Shown in pieces: positions 53,743 through 62,487 of a DNA stretch of 64,000 nt. A program made the translations under genes and the position numbers. The stretch lies in the sequence record ON190024.1; one strand, 5' to 3'. Under the pieces are notes generated by a model. It saw only the letters and a list, made by a program, of their open reading frames with translations. It was not told where the DNA came from and made no database searches. Within the stretch, counting starts at the first letter, position 1. Every line of letters begins with the position of its first letter.

Positions 53743-54031
53743 TGTTTTAGCTGGTATACCCATGCCGCCTCAGAAACCCAAGTTCATCCCAGAATCTGAC
53801 GACCATCAATTCTTTCACGATTGTGCTGGGTTTGATTGGTTCTATCAATTCAGTGATGATCACAGCGTATATCTTCGCGGTGAACGTGAATTGTCTAAGC
53901 TAAAGTCGCGAATGACAAACGAACGCAGAAATAAAATCTATGAAGCGTGGTGTCAGTATATGTTCAGCGGTCCCAATTTCGGGCTAGAGCAGCACCCTGA
54001 ACCAAAGTGGGAAGATTTTAAAGATGCATAA
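53732..54031 (+). CDS. hypothetical protein
   Basis: DWFYQFSDDHSVY.RG motif. Confidence 0.75.
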   Translation: MMNDVLAGIPMPPQKPKFIPESDDHQFFHDCAGFDWFYQFSDDHSVYLRGERELSKLKSRMTNERRNKIYEAWCQYMFSGPNFGLEQHPEPKWEDFKDA

Positions 54032-54293
54032 AGATGTACTCGGCAATGTAATCGAAATGAAAGATATTGTGTTTCGTCTTTCGAAAGAAAGATTATGCGT
54101 CGAACCGTGCATCGTAACCGGGTTTACACAGTACAAAGTGCTGTTAAATGATGGTCTTCAATGCGACCCAAATCGTGTCGTAGTTGTGACCGAACAAATT
54201 CAAAATAACGGTATCGACTTGTGGTCAAACACACTCGAATTCAAATATCGTGAGTATATCATCAAAGGCTATAAACGCCTGCAAAATAAGTGA
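54024..54293 (+). CDS. hypothetical protein
   Basis: ORF track. Confidence 0.7.
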   Translation: MHKDVLGNVIEMKDIVFRLSKERLCVEPCIVTGFTQYKVLLNDGLQCDPNRVVVVTEQIQNNGIDLWSNTLEFKYREYIIKGYKRLQNK

Positions 54294-54300
54294 GAAAAAC

Positions 54301-54573
54301 ATGACATTCTTTCAAAAACTAGTAGCAATCTTCACCAACACTCCTCGTCCAACAGAAGACATTCTGGAAGACATGAATCAGAAAGCGAACGAACTTCGCG
54401 CACGTGCTCAATTTGACCAAGAACAAATTGAAGCAAACGAAGCTGAAGAGCGTCGCGCACGTGAAGAAGTAGAGCGTCGTGCGCAAGAACTAGCAGCGCG
54501 AAATGCCGTTCATGCGCAGTCTAAAGAGCGTGCAGAACGTGTTGCGAAGCGAGTTGAAGAATTCACTGCGTAA
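54301..54573 (+). CDS. coiled-coil protein
   Basis: start moved to 54301; charged helix. Confidence 0.7.
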   Translation: MTFFQKLVAIFTNTPRPTEDILEDMNQKANELRARAQFDQEQIEANEAEERRAREEVERRAQELAARNAVHAQSKERAERVAKRVEEFTA

Positions 54574-54600
54574 TGTTCTAGAAACGTAACATAATCCCTA

Positions 54601-54650
54601 AAAAGCCCCGTTAATGTGCTCATTCAGTAACATTATCACGGGGCTTTTTT
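54601..54650 (+). terminator. long-stem terminator
   Basis: AAAAGCCCCG...CGGGGCTTTTTT with inner TAATGT/ACATTA pairing. Confidence 0.75.
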
Positions 54651-54658
54651 GTGTCTGT

Positions 54659-54666
54659 CATAAATA
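54659..54666 (+). promoter_or_regulatory. T4-type late promoter
   Basis: CATAAATA. Confidence 0.7.
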
Positions 54667-54687
54667 CAAATAAAATGTGAGGATGCA

Positions 54688-55806
54688 ATGAAAAATCTAA
54701 AATCTTTTATGGAAGAACTTCAATCATTGAACGAAGTCTTCATTCGTGGCGGTCGACCACGAAACGGGTCTAAGGTTCTTGCGAACGGCAAGAATATTTG
54801 GGTGTGGAATAACGATAGAGAGTTCGAACGTCTAGCGCCATTTATCAATCGTGAACTCGGAACCGACTTTGAAGAAGAGTACGATCTAGACTCTTGGTAC
54901 GAAGAGGGCGCACAAGCGGTATACGCGACGATTGAAAACGGCAAGCTAGATATGCAAGGGCAATCATCTTATCGCCCGTCTGTAGCGTCTGACACGCTTC
55001 GCAAGACTATTAAAGCCCTTAACCTGAACGGCGTGACTCGTCGAACGCAATCATTTAACCCTGATTACGATGAAGTTGAGCACGATTTCGAGACCGACCG
55101 TCGAGAATTCAACAAGAAACTGTCTCAGAAGACGTTCTATCACGGTACATCGACTACGTTCATCGAATCAATGTTGAAATTTGGTCTGAAACCGAATCCG
55201 AATGAAACGCAATTCGATAATATTGAACATGCTGATAAAGTCTTTATTACAACAGAACTTGACAAAGCAATGTTCCACGCGACACACTCAGCGAACCGAA
55301 ACAACTCGTTCCCTGTGATTATCGAGCTACGCATTCCAGACGAAAGCAAGCTTGTATCTGACTATGACGTTGTAATTGATGTTCTAGGCGCTAATTCGGA
55401 AGAAGCATCCGAGCTTGGGTATGCTGACATCTTCTATCAAATGCCACATTCGCGTGGTGACGGTACTAAGTATCACAGAGACGACATCGAAAGTCGATTT
55501 GGTAAACGCCTAGGCGGATTGAGTACTCGCATCGGTATCTTCGGGTACAAAGGTCGAATCCCTGCAAGTCATTTCAATTTCATCTACGCTGACGGTGACG
55601 TGATCGAAGAATCAATGCCAGAAATGTATTGGGAAATGGACGGCGAATTCGACATGGCAGAAATGCGTACTGAATCAGTCAACCACCGTTCGTTCGACTA
55701 CTGGGATCAATTCAAACCCACTAAATTCATTGCTCACTTCGAAGAACTTTGGGATGATCTCAAAGATGAATACGAAGACGAGGAAGAAGACGAAGATTGG
55801 GACTAA
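54688..55806 (+). CDS. ADP-ribosyltransferase-fold protein (KptA/Tpt1-like motifs), putative head-packaged
   Basis: FYHGTS...MLKFGLKP, VFITT...A..HA, VIIELRI; N-terminus MKNLKSFMEE. Confidence 0.65.
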   Translation: MKNLKSFMEELQSLNEVFIRGGRPRNGSKVLANGKNIWVWNNDREFERLAPFINRELGTDFEEEYDLDSWYEEGAQAVYATIENGKLDMQGQSSYRPSVASDTLRKTIKALNLNGVTRRTQSFNPDYDEVEHDFETDRREFNKKLSQKTFYHGTSTTFIESMLKFGLKPNPNETQFDNIEHADKVFITTELDKAMFHATHSANRNNSFPVIIELRIPDESKLVSDYDVVIDVLGANSEEASELGYADIFYQMPHSRGDGTKYHRDDIESRFGKRLGGLSTRIGIFGYKGRIPASHFNFIYADGDVIEESMPEMYWEMDGEFDMAEMRTESVNHRSFDYWDQFKPTKFIAHFEELWDDLKDEYEDEEEDEDWD

Positions 55807-55811
55807 ATACT

Positions 55812-55836
55812 AGGGAGCAATAACGCTCCCTTTTTT
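55812..55836 (+). terminator. intrinsic terminator
   Basis: AGGGAGC-aataac-GCTCCCTTTTTT. Confidence 0.85.
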
Positions 55837-55847
55837 AGGACTGAATC

Positions 55848-56333
55848 ATGTATAAATGTAAACATTTCAAAATCCAAGAGCTTGTAACTCCACAAATGCA
55901 CGCTGCATGGGGTGAAAGATGTTGGTCACTTTTCGATGACCGTCTATTACGCACGCTAGACGCGCTCAGAGAACGTTTCGGTCCCTGCACCATAAACGAT
56001 TGGAGTTGGGGCGGATCGTTCAAATACAGCGGTTTCAGAGACGAAAACTTCTACGGATCGACACAAAAGTACCTTGATAGCCGTTCTCAGCACAAATACG
56101 GTCGTGCAGCCGACTGCAAATTCAGAAATCACACCGCAGATCAAGTGCGTAAATACATCTTAGAGAACCCAGAAGAATTCCCTTATGTGAAATTCATTGA
56201 ATGTAGCCCGCTTGCAAACGGAACATCTATGTCATGGGTTCACATCGACGTACGTAACAGCGAAGATGTTCAATGCTGGTCTCCAAAAGAAGGCTTTATT
56301 GATGCTGACGAAGTAATCCGCAGAAAACTTTAG
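55848..56333 (+). CDS. peptidase M15 family Zn peptidase (endolysin candidate)
   Basis: LDALRE, SGFR, SQHKYGRAAD, WVHIDVR. Confidence 0.85.
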   Translation: MYKCKHFKIQELVTPQMHAAWGERCWSLFDDRLLRTLDALRERFGPCTINDWSWGGSFKYSGFRDENFYGSTQKYLDSRSQHKYGRAADCKFRNHTADQVRKYILENPEEFPYVKFIECSPLANGTSMSWVHIDVRNSEDVQCWSPKEGFIDADEVIRRKL

Positions 56334-56397
56334 TTTATCTGCCGATACATTGCCGTTACTATAAATCTGTCAAACAACACAACAAAAGGTCTACTAC

Positions 56398-57105
56398 ATG
56401 GGCAAAAAGAAGAACTCTGAAGAACGCACACTACAACGCATCGAGTTACTGACCTTCAACCAAGAGCAATACGCGGCTGCATTGCAGGAAGAAGTCGGTG
56501 AAGACGGCTCAGGTGCATTTGTATTTGCGATTGGTTCTGCGGGTACAGGTAAGACATGGCTTGCAACGACTCTAGGTGCAGACATGTACTCAGCTTTTGA
56601 CTACACCGAATTCATCATCTTGAAGCCGACGCTTTCATGCGGTGAAGAACTCGGTTACTTACCCGGTACTCTTGAAGAAAAGATGGAACCTTGGATTCAA
56701 ACAGTAACGCAGCCATTGAAAGACCGACTAGGCGCAGATAAATTCAAATGCGACTGGAACAAACGCATTCACGCTGAACCTATTCAATTCGTTCGAGGCA
56801 AGACATTCGACAACTGTTTTATCGTCGTCGATGAAGCTCAGAACTTAACTAAAACTGAAATTCAGACCATCATGACTCGTATCGGCGAGAATACGAAAAT
56901 GGTTTTCTGTGGTGACTTGAAACAAGACGACCACAAGATGATCTATCGTACTGGCCAGAAAGAAATCAGTGGTCTAGCGTGGATGGTCAATGAAATTCGT
57001 AATCAGCAACGCTCAGGCATCGAGATTATTGAGTTCACAAACAAGGACGTAGTTCGTTCTGGTGCTTGTAAGCTTGCTCTTGACATCATCGACAAGGCTC
57101 AATAA
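56398..57105 (+). CDS. phoH: PhoH-family ATPase
   Basis: GSAGTGKT, GYLPG, RG.TF, VDEAQN, TRIG, GD..QDD, DVVRS. Confidence 0.95.
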   Translation: MGKKKNSEERTLQRIELLTFNQEQYAAALQEEVGEDGSGAFVFAIGSAGTGKTWLATTLGADMYSAFDYTEFIILKPTLSCGEELGYLPGTLEEKMEPWIQTVTQPLKDRLGADKFKCDWNKRIHAEPIQFVRGKTFDNCFIVVDEAQNLTKTEIQTIMTRIGENTKMVFCGDLKQDDHKMIYRTGQKEISGLAWMVNEIRNQQRSGIEIIEFTNKDVVRSGACKLALDIIDKAQ

Positions 57106-57413
57106 TGGGAAAAATGATTGTAAATCAGACTGTGAAAATCACTGATACAGGCAATTTCAATACACTAGTCAAGTACTGGTATGCAGTCGGCGGAACTAAC
57201 GATTCGGTTGAACTTCAGTTAGAAGTCGGCGAAATCGTTAATATCAAGACGTTCCAAGACCCGACAGTTCCTGGTGGCGTGTATTCTCACATCACAAAAA
57301 CTTCGAAGCATTACACGAACGTGCTCGGCGTTTTAATTCAAGACCGTAATTCACCGGATTACGACATGAAGAAAGACCGACATAGAATTCAGGTAACTTC
57401 GAAACTCAATTAA
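57105..57413 (+). CDS. hypothetical protein
   Basis: TAATG coupling. Confidence 0.7.
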   Translation: MGKMIVNQTVKITDTGNFNTLVKYWYAVGGTNDSVELQLEVGEIVNIKTFQDPTVPGGVYSHITKTSKHYTNVLGVLIQDRNSPDYDMKKDRHRIQVTSKLN

Positions 57414-57414
57414 C

Positions 57415-57438
57415 AAAGCGCCTTCGGGCGCTTTTTTT
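57415..57438 (+). terminator. intrinsic terminator
   Basis: AAAGCGCC-ttcg-GGCGCTTTTTTT. Confidence 0.9.
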
Positions 57439-57481
57439 GTTTAGAACTCCCTAAACTTACATTAAAATATCTAGACGGGAG

Positions 57482-57703
57482 GTGTCGATGAAAGACAAGC
57501 AACAATTGAAAGTTCGATGTTCTATTCATATCGCAGAACAACTAATGCAGTTACCCGAATTTCGTGACATGTCGGTTACGAAAATCTTCCAAACACTATC
57601 TACAGATTATCTCAACAAGAGTGCGTTTCAGCACGTCGGGGCGATTAATGGAAAGAGCAGAAATCATCATTCCTACAAAAAGTGTAAGGAATGCGGGGTA
57701 TGA
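57482..57703 (+). CDS. small hypothetical protein (possible ribbon-helix-helix)
   Basis: GGGAGG RBS; QLKVRC then two helices. Confidence 0.55.
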   Translation: MSMKDKQQLKVRCSIHIAEQLMQLPEFRDMSVTKIFQTLSTDYLNKSAFQHVGAINGKSRNHHSYKKCKECGV

Positions 57704-58379
57704 GTTCGAAGTGATCGATACTAGCAAACTTGATCACTATCACGTGCGCTGTGTTACAAACACACTGTACGACAATAGAATCAAAGGGTCAAAACTAGAT
57801 GGTTTCAGAGCAGAAATTACGCTAATGGACGCGGAATCACTAGTTTTTTTAAACTCGATGAATCTATATGCTAACTTCACTGAATCTAACAGAGCAAACA
57901 ACGGCATGAAGCGTATCAAATCGGCAAGATACGACTATCATCATTATTATCAGCAACAAGAAGATTGGTTCAAATCAATATTACGTCAACACAAAATCAA
58001 AGTGAAATATCCAAACGGAGAGACTCGCGAGAAATTACCGATGTTCTACACGTGCGGGTTGCGACTTTCGAACGTTCGACGTTCAGCGGATAAAGCATGT
58101 GCAATGCTCGTTCTAGATGAGAATCAAAAGCCGAAGCTGTATGCATTTGCAATAGGTAAACTTAGGTATGTTGTAGACGCTTATGACAAGACTGCTAACC
58201 TAAACTGTCCGGCGCAGATCGGGAAGAAGACGGTTGACGTTATTGAGTGTTTAGACTATAATGATGAAGACGATTGGAATGATGAAAATGAACTCGAAGA
58301 AGTTCACAAAAAGATTGTTATTCCAGATGTATCCGATTTAGATAAAGTATTAATGTCGTTAGACGAAGAAGAGTTTTAA
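57648..58379 (+). CDS. hypothetical protein
   Basis: ORF track 57564..58379, start moved. Confidence 0.7.
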   Translation: MERAEIIIPTKSVRNAGYEFEVIDTSKLDHYHVRCVTNTLYDNRIKGSKLDGFRAEITLMDAESLVFLNSMNLYANFTESNRANNGMKRIKSARYDYHHYYQQQEDWFKSILRQHKIKVKYPNGETREKLPMFYTCGLRLSNVRRSADKACAMLVLDENQKPKLYAFAIGKLRYVVDAYDKTANLNCPAQIGKKTVDVIECLDYNDEDDWNDENELEEVHKKIVIPDVSDLDKVLMSLDEEEF

Positions 58380-58382
58380 TTT

Positions 58383-58682
58383 ATGAAAGAAGTATCAACA
58401 ACAACTTACAAAAGCACTCCAGAACTGGCTCTTGATATTGCAGCATATGCATCACTGTTAGTCAAGATGGGATATGATGAGTGTGTCACAAATCAGAAAC
58501 TCTTTGTTGAAATGTGCAATGAAGCAGGATTTAGAACTACAACGGGCAAAGAATTCACGCAGATGTCGTTTCGACAAATGTTTGCTCGTCTTCCGCAAGG
58601 GACTAAGCGCGAAGTTCGTGAATCGTTCTCGTGGGGTAATGTCCCGCAAGGTGAATCAATTTTAGAAAGCATTTATGTTTAA
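58383..58682 (+). CDS. asiA: anti-sigma70 factor AsiA homologue
   Basis: ASLLVK, VTNQKLF, NEAG, G...Q.SFR parallel T4 AsiA (ASILIK, VENRANF, NEIG, NQNSFR); T4-like position next to holin/tail fibre. Confidence 0.8.
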   Translation: MKEVSTTTYKSTPELALDIAAYASLLVKMGYDECVTNQKLFVEMCNEAGFRTTTGKEFTQMSFRQMFARLPQGTKREVRESFSWGNVPQGESILESIYV

Positions 58683-58690
58683 GGTAAATT

Positions 58691-58987
58691 ATGAATTTTG
58701 GAAATGCACTTGAATCTTTAAAAGCCGGTCGAAAAATATCACGCGAAGGTTGGAATGGTAAGGGTATGTTTATCGTTCTTATGCCAGCACTTTACTTGCC
58801 GCCTTTTAGCACGCAAGACACAATGCGAAAAGTCAATGATCGAACTGCAAAACACATCGGCGAAGATACGCCACTAGACAGTCAACCGTACATTGCAATG
58901 TTCACGGCTGAACAGAAATGGCAACCGGGATGGGTAGCGTCTCAGGCTGATATTTTAGCTGAAGATTGGGTCGTTCACGACGAATAA
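58691..58987 (+). CDS. DUF2829 protein, Tad2-like anti-defence signal sponge
   Basis: MNFG.AL..LK.G.K..R.GWNGKGMFI ... PGW.ASQ.D.LAEDW. Confidence 0.8.
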   Translation: MNFGNALESLKAGRKISREGWNGKGMFIVLMPALYLPPFSTQDTMRKVNDRTAKHIGEDTPLDSQPYIAMFTAEQKWQPGWVASQADILAEDWVVHDE

Positions 58988-58989
58988 AG

Positions 58990-59025
58990 AAAAGGGAGAG
59001 TAACAGTTGTACTCTCCCTTTTTTT
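58990..59025. terminator. bidirectional terminator
   Basis: AAAAGGGAGAGTA...TACTCTCCCTTTTTTT between convergent genes. Confidence 0.85.
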
Positions 59026-59027
59026 GG

Positions 59028-59603
59028 TCACTGTACTTTCTTAGTTCGCTTGTCAATCTCGTGAACTTTACTTTCAAGATTGTCAATACGAGTATTAAGC
59101 ATTTCTCCATCTTTCCCCGTAAAGCGGTCAGTTGAATCAATGTTAATCAATGTCTCGACTCTGGCTAAATCAGTCTCAATCTTAGAGTAACGTGAGTGGG
59201 TACCGTCTATCTTAGTAATAATGGCGTTCTGAGTACTTTTAATACTCTCCACTGAGTTTACTAGATTTTTGTCGCCCAACTCTGACGCACTCCTCAATGC
59301 TCTTACTTCGCTCTCAAGACTACCATAGTTTACAAGCACTTGATCTTGCTTTTTAACGATAAGAGCTTGCGCCCCTTCTAAGCCAATCAGTTGTTGTGCC
59401 TGCGTTGCGTTTGTTAGTTTGATGTCAGTTATTTCTTGCATGATTTTAGCGTTTTGAGCAACTGCGGTTTTACCTTGTTCTTGGACAACTTGTAATGCTT
59501 CCTGCATACTACCGTAGTTTGTCGCCACGCTCATTGAGGTGATAGCCAGAGGGATAAGAATAGTACCTATAACAGCTAACAAAAATTGCGCCATTTTACT
59601 CAT
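59028..59603 (-). CDS. single-TM coiled-coil protein, holin candidate
   Basis: MSKM start, one N-terminal TM, late promoter, position equivalent to T4 gene t. Confidence 0.45.
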   Translation of the reverse strand: MSKMAQFLLAVIGTILIPLAITSMSVATNYGSMQEALQVVQEQGKTAVAQNAKIMQEITDIKLTNATQAQQLIGLEGAQALIVKKQDQVLVNYGSLESEVRALRSASELGDKNLVNSVESIKSTQNAIITKIDGTHSRYSKIETDLARVETLINIDSTDRFTGKDGEMLNTRIDNLESKVHEIDKRTKKVQ

Positions 59604-59650
59604 AGTATTGGTTCCTATGTTGGGTTATCTTATTCTCTGACTGTCAGGTG

Positions 59651-59658
59651 TATTTATA
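59651..59658 (-). promoter_or_regulatory. T4-type late promoter
   Basis: TATAAATA on minus strand. Confidence 0.8.
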
Positions 59659-62416
59659 AACGAAGCAACTTCTTCCACCATGGGCGTTTAAGCTCGTGTA
59701 CTTCGTTCTGAAGCGTGTCTACTTTTGCATTAAGCTCTTTAATAGCTTCAATCAAAAGACCGTTCATATTGCCGTACGCGACTGATAGAATACGTTCTTC
59801 GTCGTCACTTTCCATCACTGCTTCTGGCAGTACTTTTTCCACTTCTTGCGCAATCACACCCGTCTCACGAATATATTCGTCAGAATCGAATGAACTACGC
59901 TTGTCATATGTATACCCGTTTAATTCACCTACTTTATTGAGTGCATTGTCAATAAGCTTGATGTTTTTCTTCAAACGTCGGTCTGAGTACGCTGTCACGT
60001 TACCCGGCGCAGTGAAGTTACCAGTTGAATACTGGAATGACCATTGCTTAGTCGTTGAGCTATTCAGCGACGAAACGATCTGAGCCGTATGCGCGCCAGA
60101 AGAACTCAAAATAGCACCGAATGAGTGCTGATAACGACCACCCGAGTGGTTAATATCACCTTTCATAAAAGCATGATATTCACTAGTACCCGAACTTGAT
60201 TTGTAGTGATAAAATGGGGCTTGTGACGTGTAATGCGAAGCATATGCATAAGACGCCGCAGATCCGTAAGCCGTCATCCTACCCGTAGACAACAATGCAC
60301 TTTGAACTGTTACATCAGTAAAGTCATTCCCATAGTTGACAATCAAGTTTGACGTTGTACCTACTAATGCTCGCTTATTACGAATCTTGAAATCTTGACC
60401 GCCATTTGAGCTAATCAAAGAAGACCCGAGATAGGTTGCTGTGGTAGCCGATGTCGCGTTGCCACTCAGAGAACCCACGAATGTCGGCGCTGTTACACTA
60501 TGCGCAAACACCGCAGTTCCGTTTTCGTTCAATCTGAAATCATCAGATGCACTACCGTTGTATCTAAACGCCATGACGCCGTTTTGATGGTCAAGCTGCC
60601 AGTAGTTATCGCTGTACGTACTGTCCATCAAGTTCAACTGAACGTTTGTGTGTCGAATCGTCAACTGTCCATTGATCGTATCACCTGACTTGCTAACTGC
60701 ACCAATTTCGGACAATGACCACGCAACGTTAGCAGATCCGTTTACAGATTTACCAGTGTTTCCGACTGTCAACGTACGAGCAGTTGTCCACGTGTCGGCA
60801 TTCGGGTGATAAATGTCAGTGAATATCTGAGCCCATGATTTCCATGTACCATTTTCTTGCGTGCGAACAAACCATTTATTCAAACGCCAGTCACTTGCCA
60901 GTTGAGTTTGCCACAAATCACTATATGATTGTGTCAATACTGCATGATCTTGCCCCGATGGTTTATTAGTCGCAGTTGACGTAGCATACATGAATGAATA
61001 TCCACTACCATCACCCGCTGTATCGAGGTTACTCGTGCTAATGTTAGACAAATATGGTGTTAAGATTCTTCCAGTGAATGTATCACCTGATACATTTGCA
61101 AACCGAGCGTCAGATTCAGCTTCAGTGTAGTATCGACCATCGTGCGTATGTGAGTCATTAGCAACCGTAACTGTCATTGTCGCATTTGCACTACCATCAA
61201 TAGAAACCGAGCCGCTTACATCGCCGTTTAATGTCAACGTACGAGCAGTTGTCCATTTGTCCGCGTTCGGGTGATATGCATCATGAAACACTCGTTGGTT
61301 TACTTTAGCAAAAATCTCACCTTCAACTTCAAGACCAGCAGGTGAACCAACACCGCCATTCTGACGAATGATCAACGCTTGACCATTTCCACCTGACGTG
61401 TTAATATCACCATCAGTGATCTCGTGAATCAATTCAAGGTTCTGGCTTGCACTGGTAATCCAGTTGATACCCGAGTTATCTGTTTGATAGTTTGTCTCGT
61501 TAAAACTCAAACGACCGCCAGCTTTGCTAATTGCAACGTTACCAGTGAACGTATCGCCAGCCACGTTAGCAAAACGAGCATCAGATTCTGTTTCAGTGTA
61601 GTAACGACCATCATGCGTGTGTGAATCGTTCGCTACAGTCGCTGTAACGGTCACAGTTGCGTTAGCCGACCCATCAATCGTCATAGACGCAGAACCGCTT
61701 ACATCGCCCGTTAGAGTCGTTGTGAGCGTGCGTGCAGTTGTCCACTTATCAGCATTTGGATGATAACCGTCGTGAAACACATTGTTATCTTTGTACTTGA
61801 TCGCAGTTGTATTAACAACAAACCCACTTGCAGTCGCTGAACCGACTTGCAACGTACCATCAGTACGAACTAGAGACGAGCCGAAGTATACCCCAGTTGT
61901 AAATGCGGCTTGGTCATTGATTCTCAACCACGAATCGAATCCGCGAAATGCTGTTTTCGAGTTGATGTCAATGTTCTCAATGCCGAAGTTTGCTGCCGCT
62001 GCATCAATACGGAAGCGAGTTGTCGCAGTATCATTTTCACGTAAACTAAAATTACCACCATCGTTGATCAGATACCAACGCTTTGTACCGTCATTATCTT
62101 GAAGCAACAGACGCGGAGAACCACCTCGAATCTCAATTTCATTCGCCGTATTTGTCAGTTTACCCGTCATCGTATCGCCGATCTTTTGAACGTAGCCACC
62201 GCCCGCAATCGGGGCAAATCGAGCATCAGATTCAGCTTTTGTAAATGCAGAAGTCGTCCCACCGTTACCTAGTTCGCCTGGCAGTGGTGTGTCGTGTTCT
62301 GTGTAAATTTTGTAGCCTTGGTAGCGGATAGTCTCGCCTTGCGGGTCAAAGCGAAGATTTCCTCCGTGCCAGACTATATTACCACCAATCGCGGTAGTTG
62401 ATCTTAGTTCTGCCAT
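59654..62416 (-). CDS. tail fibre with C-terminal peptidase S74 intramolecular chaperone
   Basis: YSDRRLKKNI...GYTY...GVIAQEV...VAYGN; internal repeats. Confidence 0.9.
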   Translation of the reverse strand: MAELRSTTAIGGNIVWHGGNLRFDPQGETIRYQGYKIYTEHDTPLPGELGNGGTTSAFTKAESDARFAPIAGGGYVQKIGDTMTGKLTNTANEIEIRGGSPRLLLQDNDGTKRWYLINDGGNFSLRENDTATTRFRIDAAAANFGIENIDINSKTAFRGFDSWLRINDQAAFTTGVYFGSSLVRTDGTLQVGSATASGFVVNTTAIKYKDNNVFHDGYHPNADKWTTARTLTTTLTGDVSGSASMTIDGSANATVTVTATVANDSHTHDGRYYTETESDARFANVAGDTFTGNVAISKAGGRLSFNETNYQTDNSGINWITSASQNLELIHEITDGDINTSGGNGQALIIRQNGGVGSPAGLEVEGEIFAKVNQRVFHDAYHPNADKWTTARTLTLNGDVSGSVSIDGSANATMTVTVANDSHTHDGRYYTEAESDARFANVSGDTFTGRILTPYLSNISTSNLDTAGDGSGYSFMYATSTATNKPSGQDHAVLTQSYSDLWQTQLASDWRLNKWFVRTQENGTWKSWAQIFTDIYHPNADTWTTARTLTVGNTGKSVNGSANVAWSLSEIGAVSKSGDTINGQLTIRHTNVQLNLMDSTYSDNYWQLDHQNGVMAFRYNGSASDDFRLNENGTAVFAHSVTAPTFVGSLSGNATSATTATYLGSSLISSNGGQDFKIRNKRALVGTTSNLIVNYGNDFTDVTVQSALLSTGRMTAYGSAASYAYASHYTSQAPFYHYKSSSGTSEYHAFMKGDINHSGGRYQHSFGAILSSSGAHTAQIVSSLNSSTTKQWSFQYSTGNFTAPGNVTAYSDRRLKKNIKLIDNALNKVGELNGYTYDKRSSFDSDEYIRETGVIAQEVEKVLPEAVMESDDEERILSVAYGNMNGLLIEAIKELNAKVDTLQNEVHELKRPWWKKLLRL
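60716..61781 (-). repeat. tandem tail-fibre modules
   Basis: two copies of VFHD.YHPNADKWTTARTL...GDVSGS...DGSANAT...VANDSHTHDGRYYTE.ESDARFANV.GDTFTG plus a partial third. Confidence 0.85.
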
Positions 62417-62446
62417 GTTATTCTCTCATTGAGTACGTTTATCATG

Positions 62447-62454
62447 TATTTATG
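62447..62454 (-). promoter_or_regulatory. T4-type late promoter
   Basis: CATAAATA on minus strand upstream of fibre gene. Confidence 0.75.
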
Positions 62455-62461
62455 AAGATAC

Positions 62462-62486
62462 AAAAAAAGCTCCCAAAGGAGCTTTT
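62462..62486 (-). terminator. intrinsic terminator
   Basis: AAAAGCTCC-tttg-GGAGCTTTTTTT on minus strand. Confidence 0.85.
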
Positions 62487-62487
62487 A

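Noticed and set aside
58383-58682. Recombinase DNA-binding fragment (NEAGFRTTTGKEFT)
   Set aside because: The whole length matches AsiA better, and the synteny agrees.
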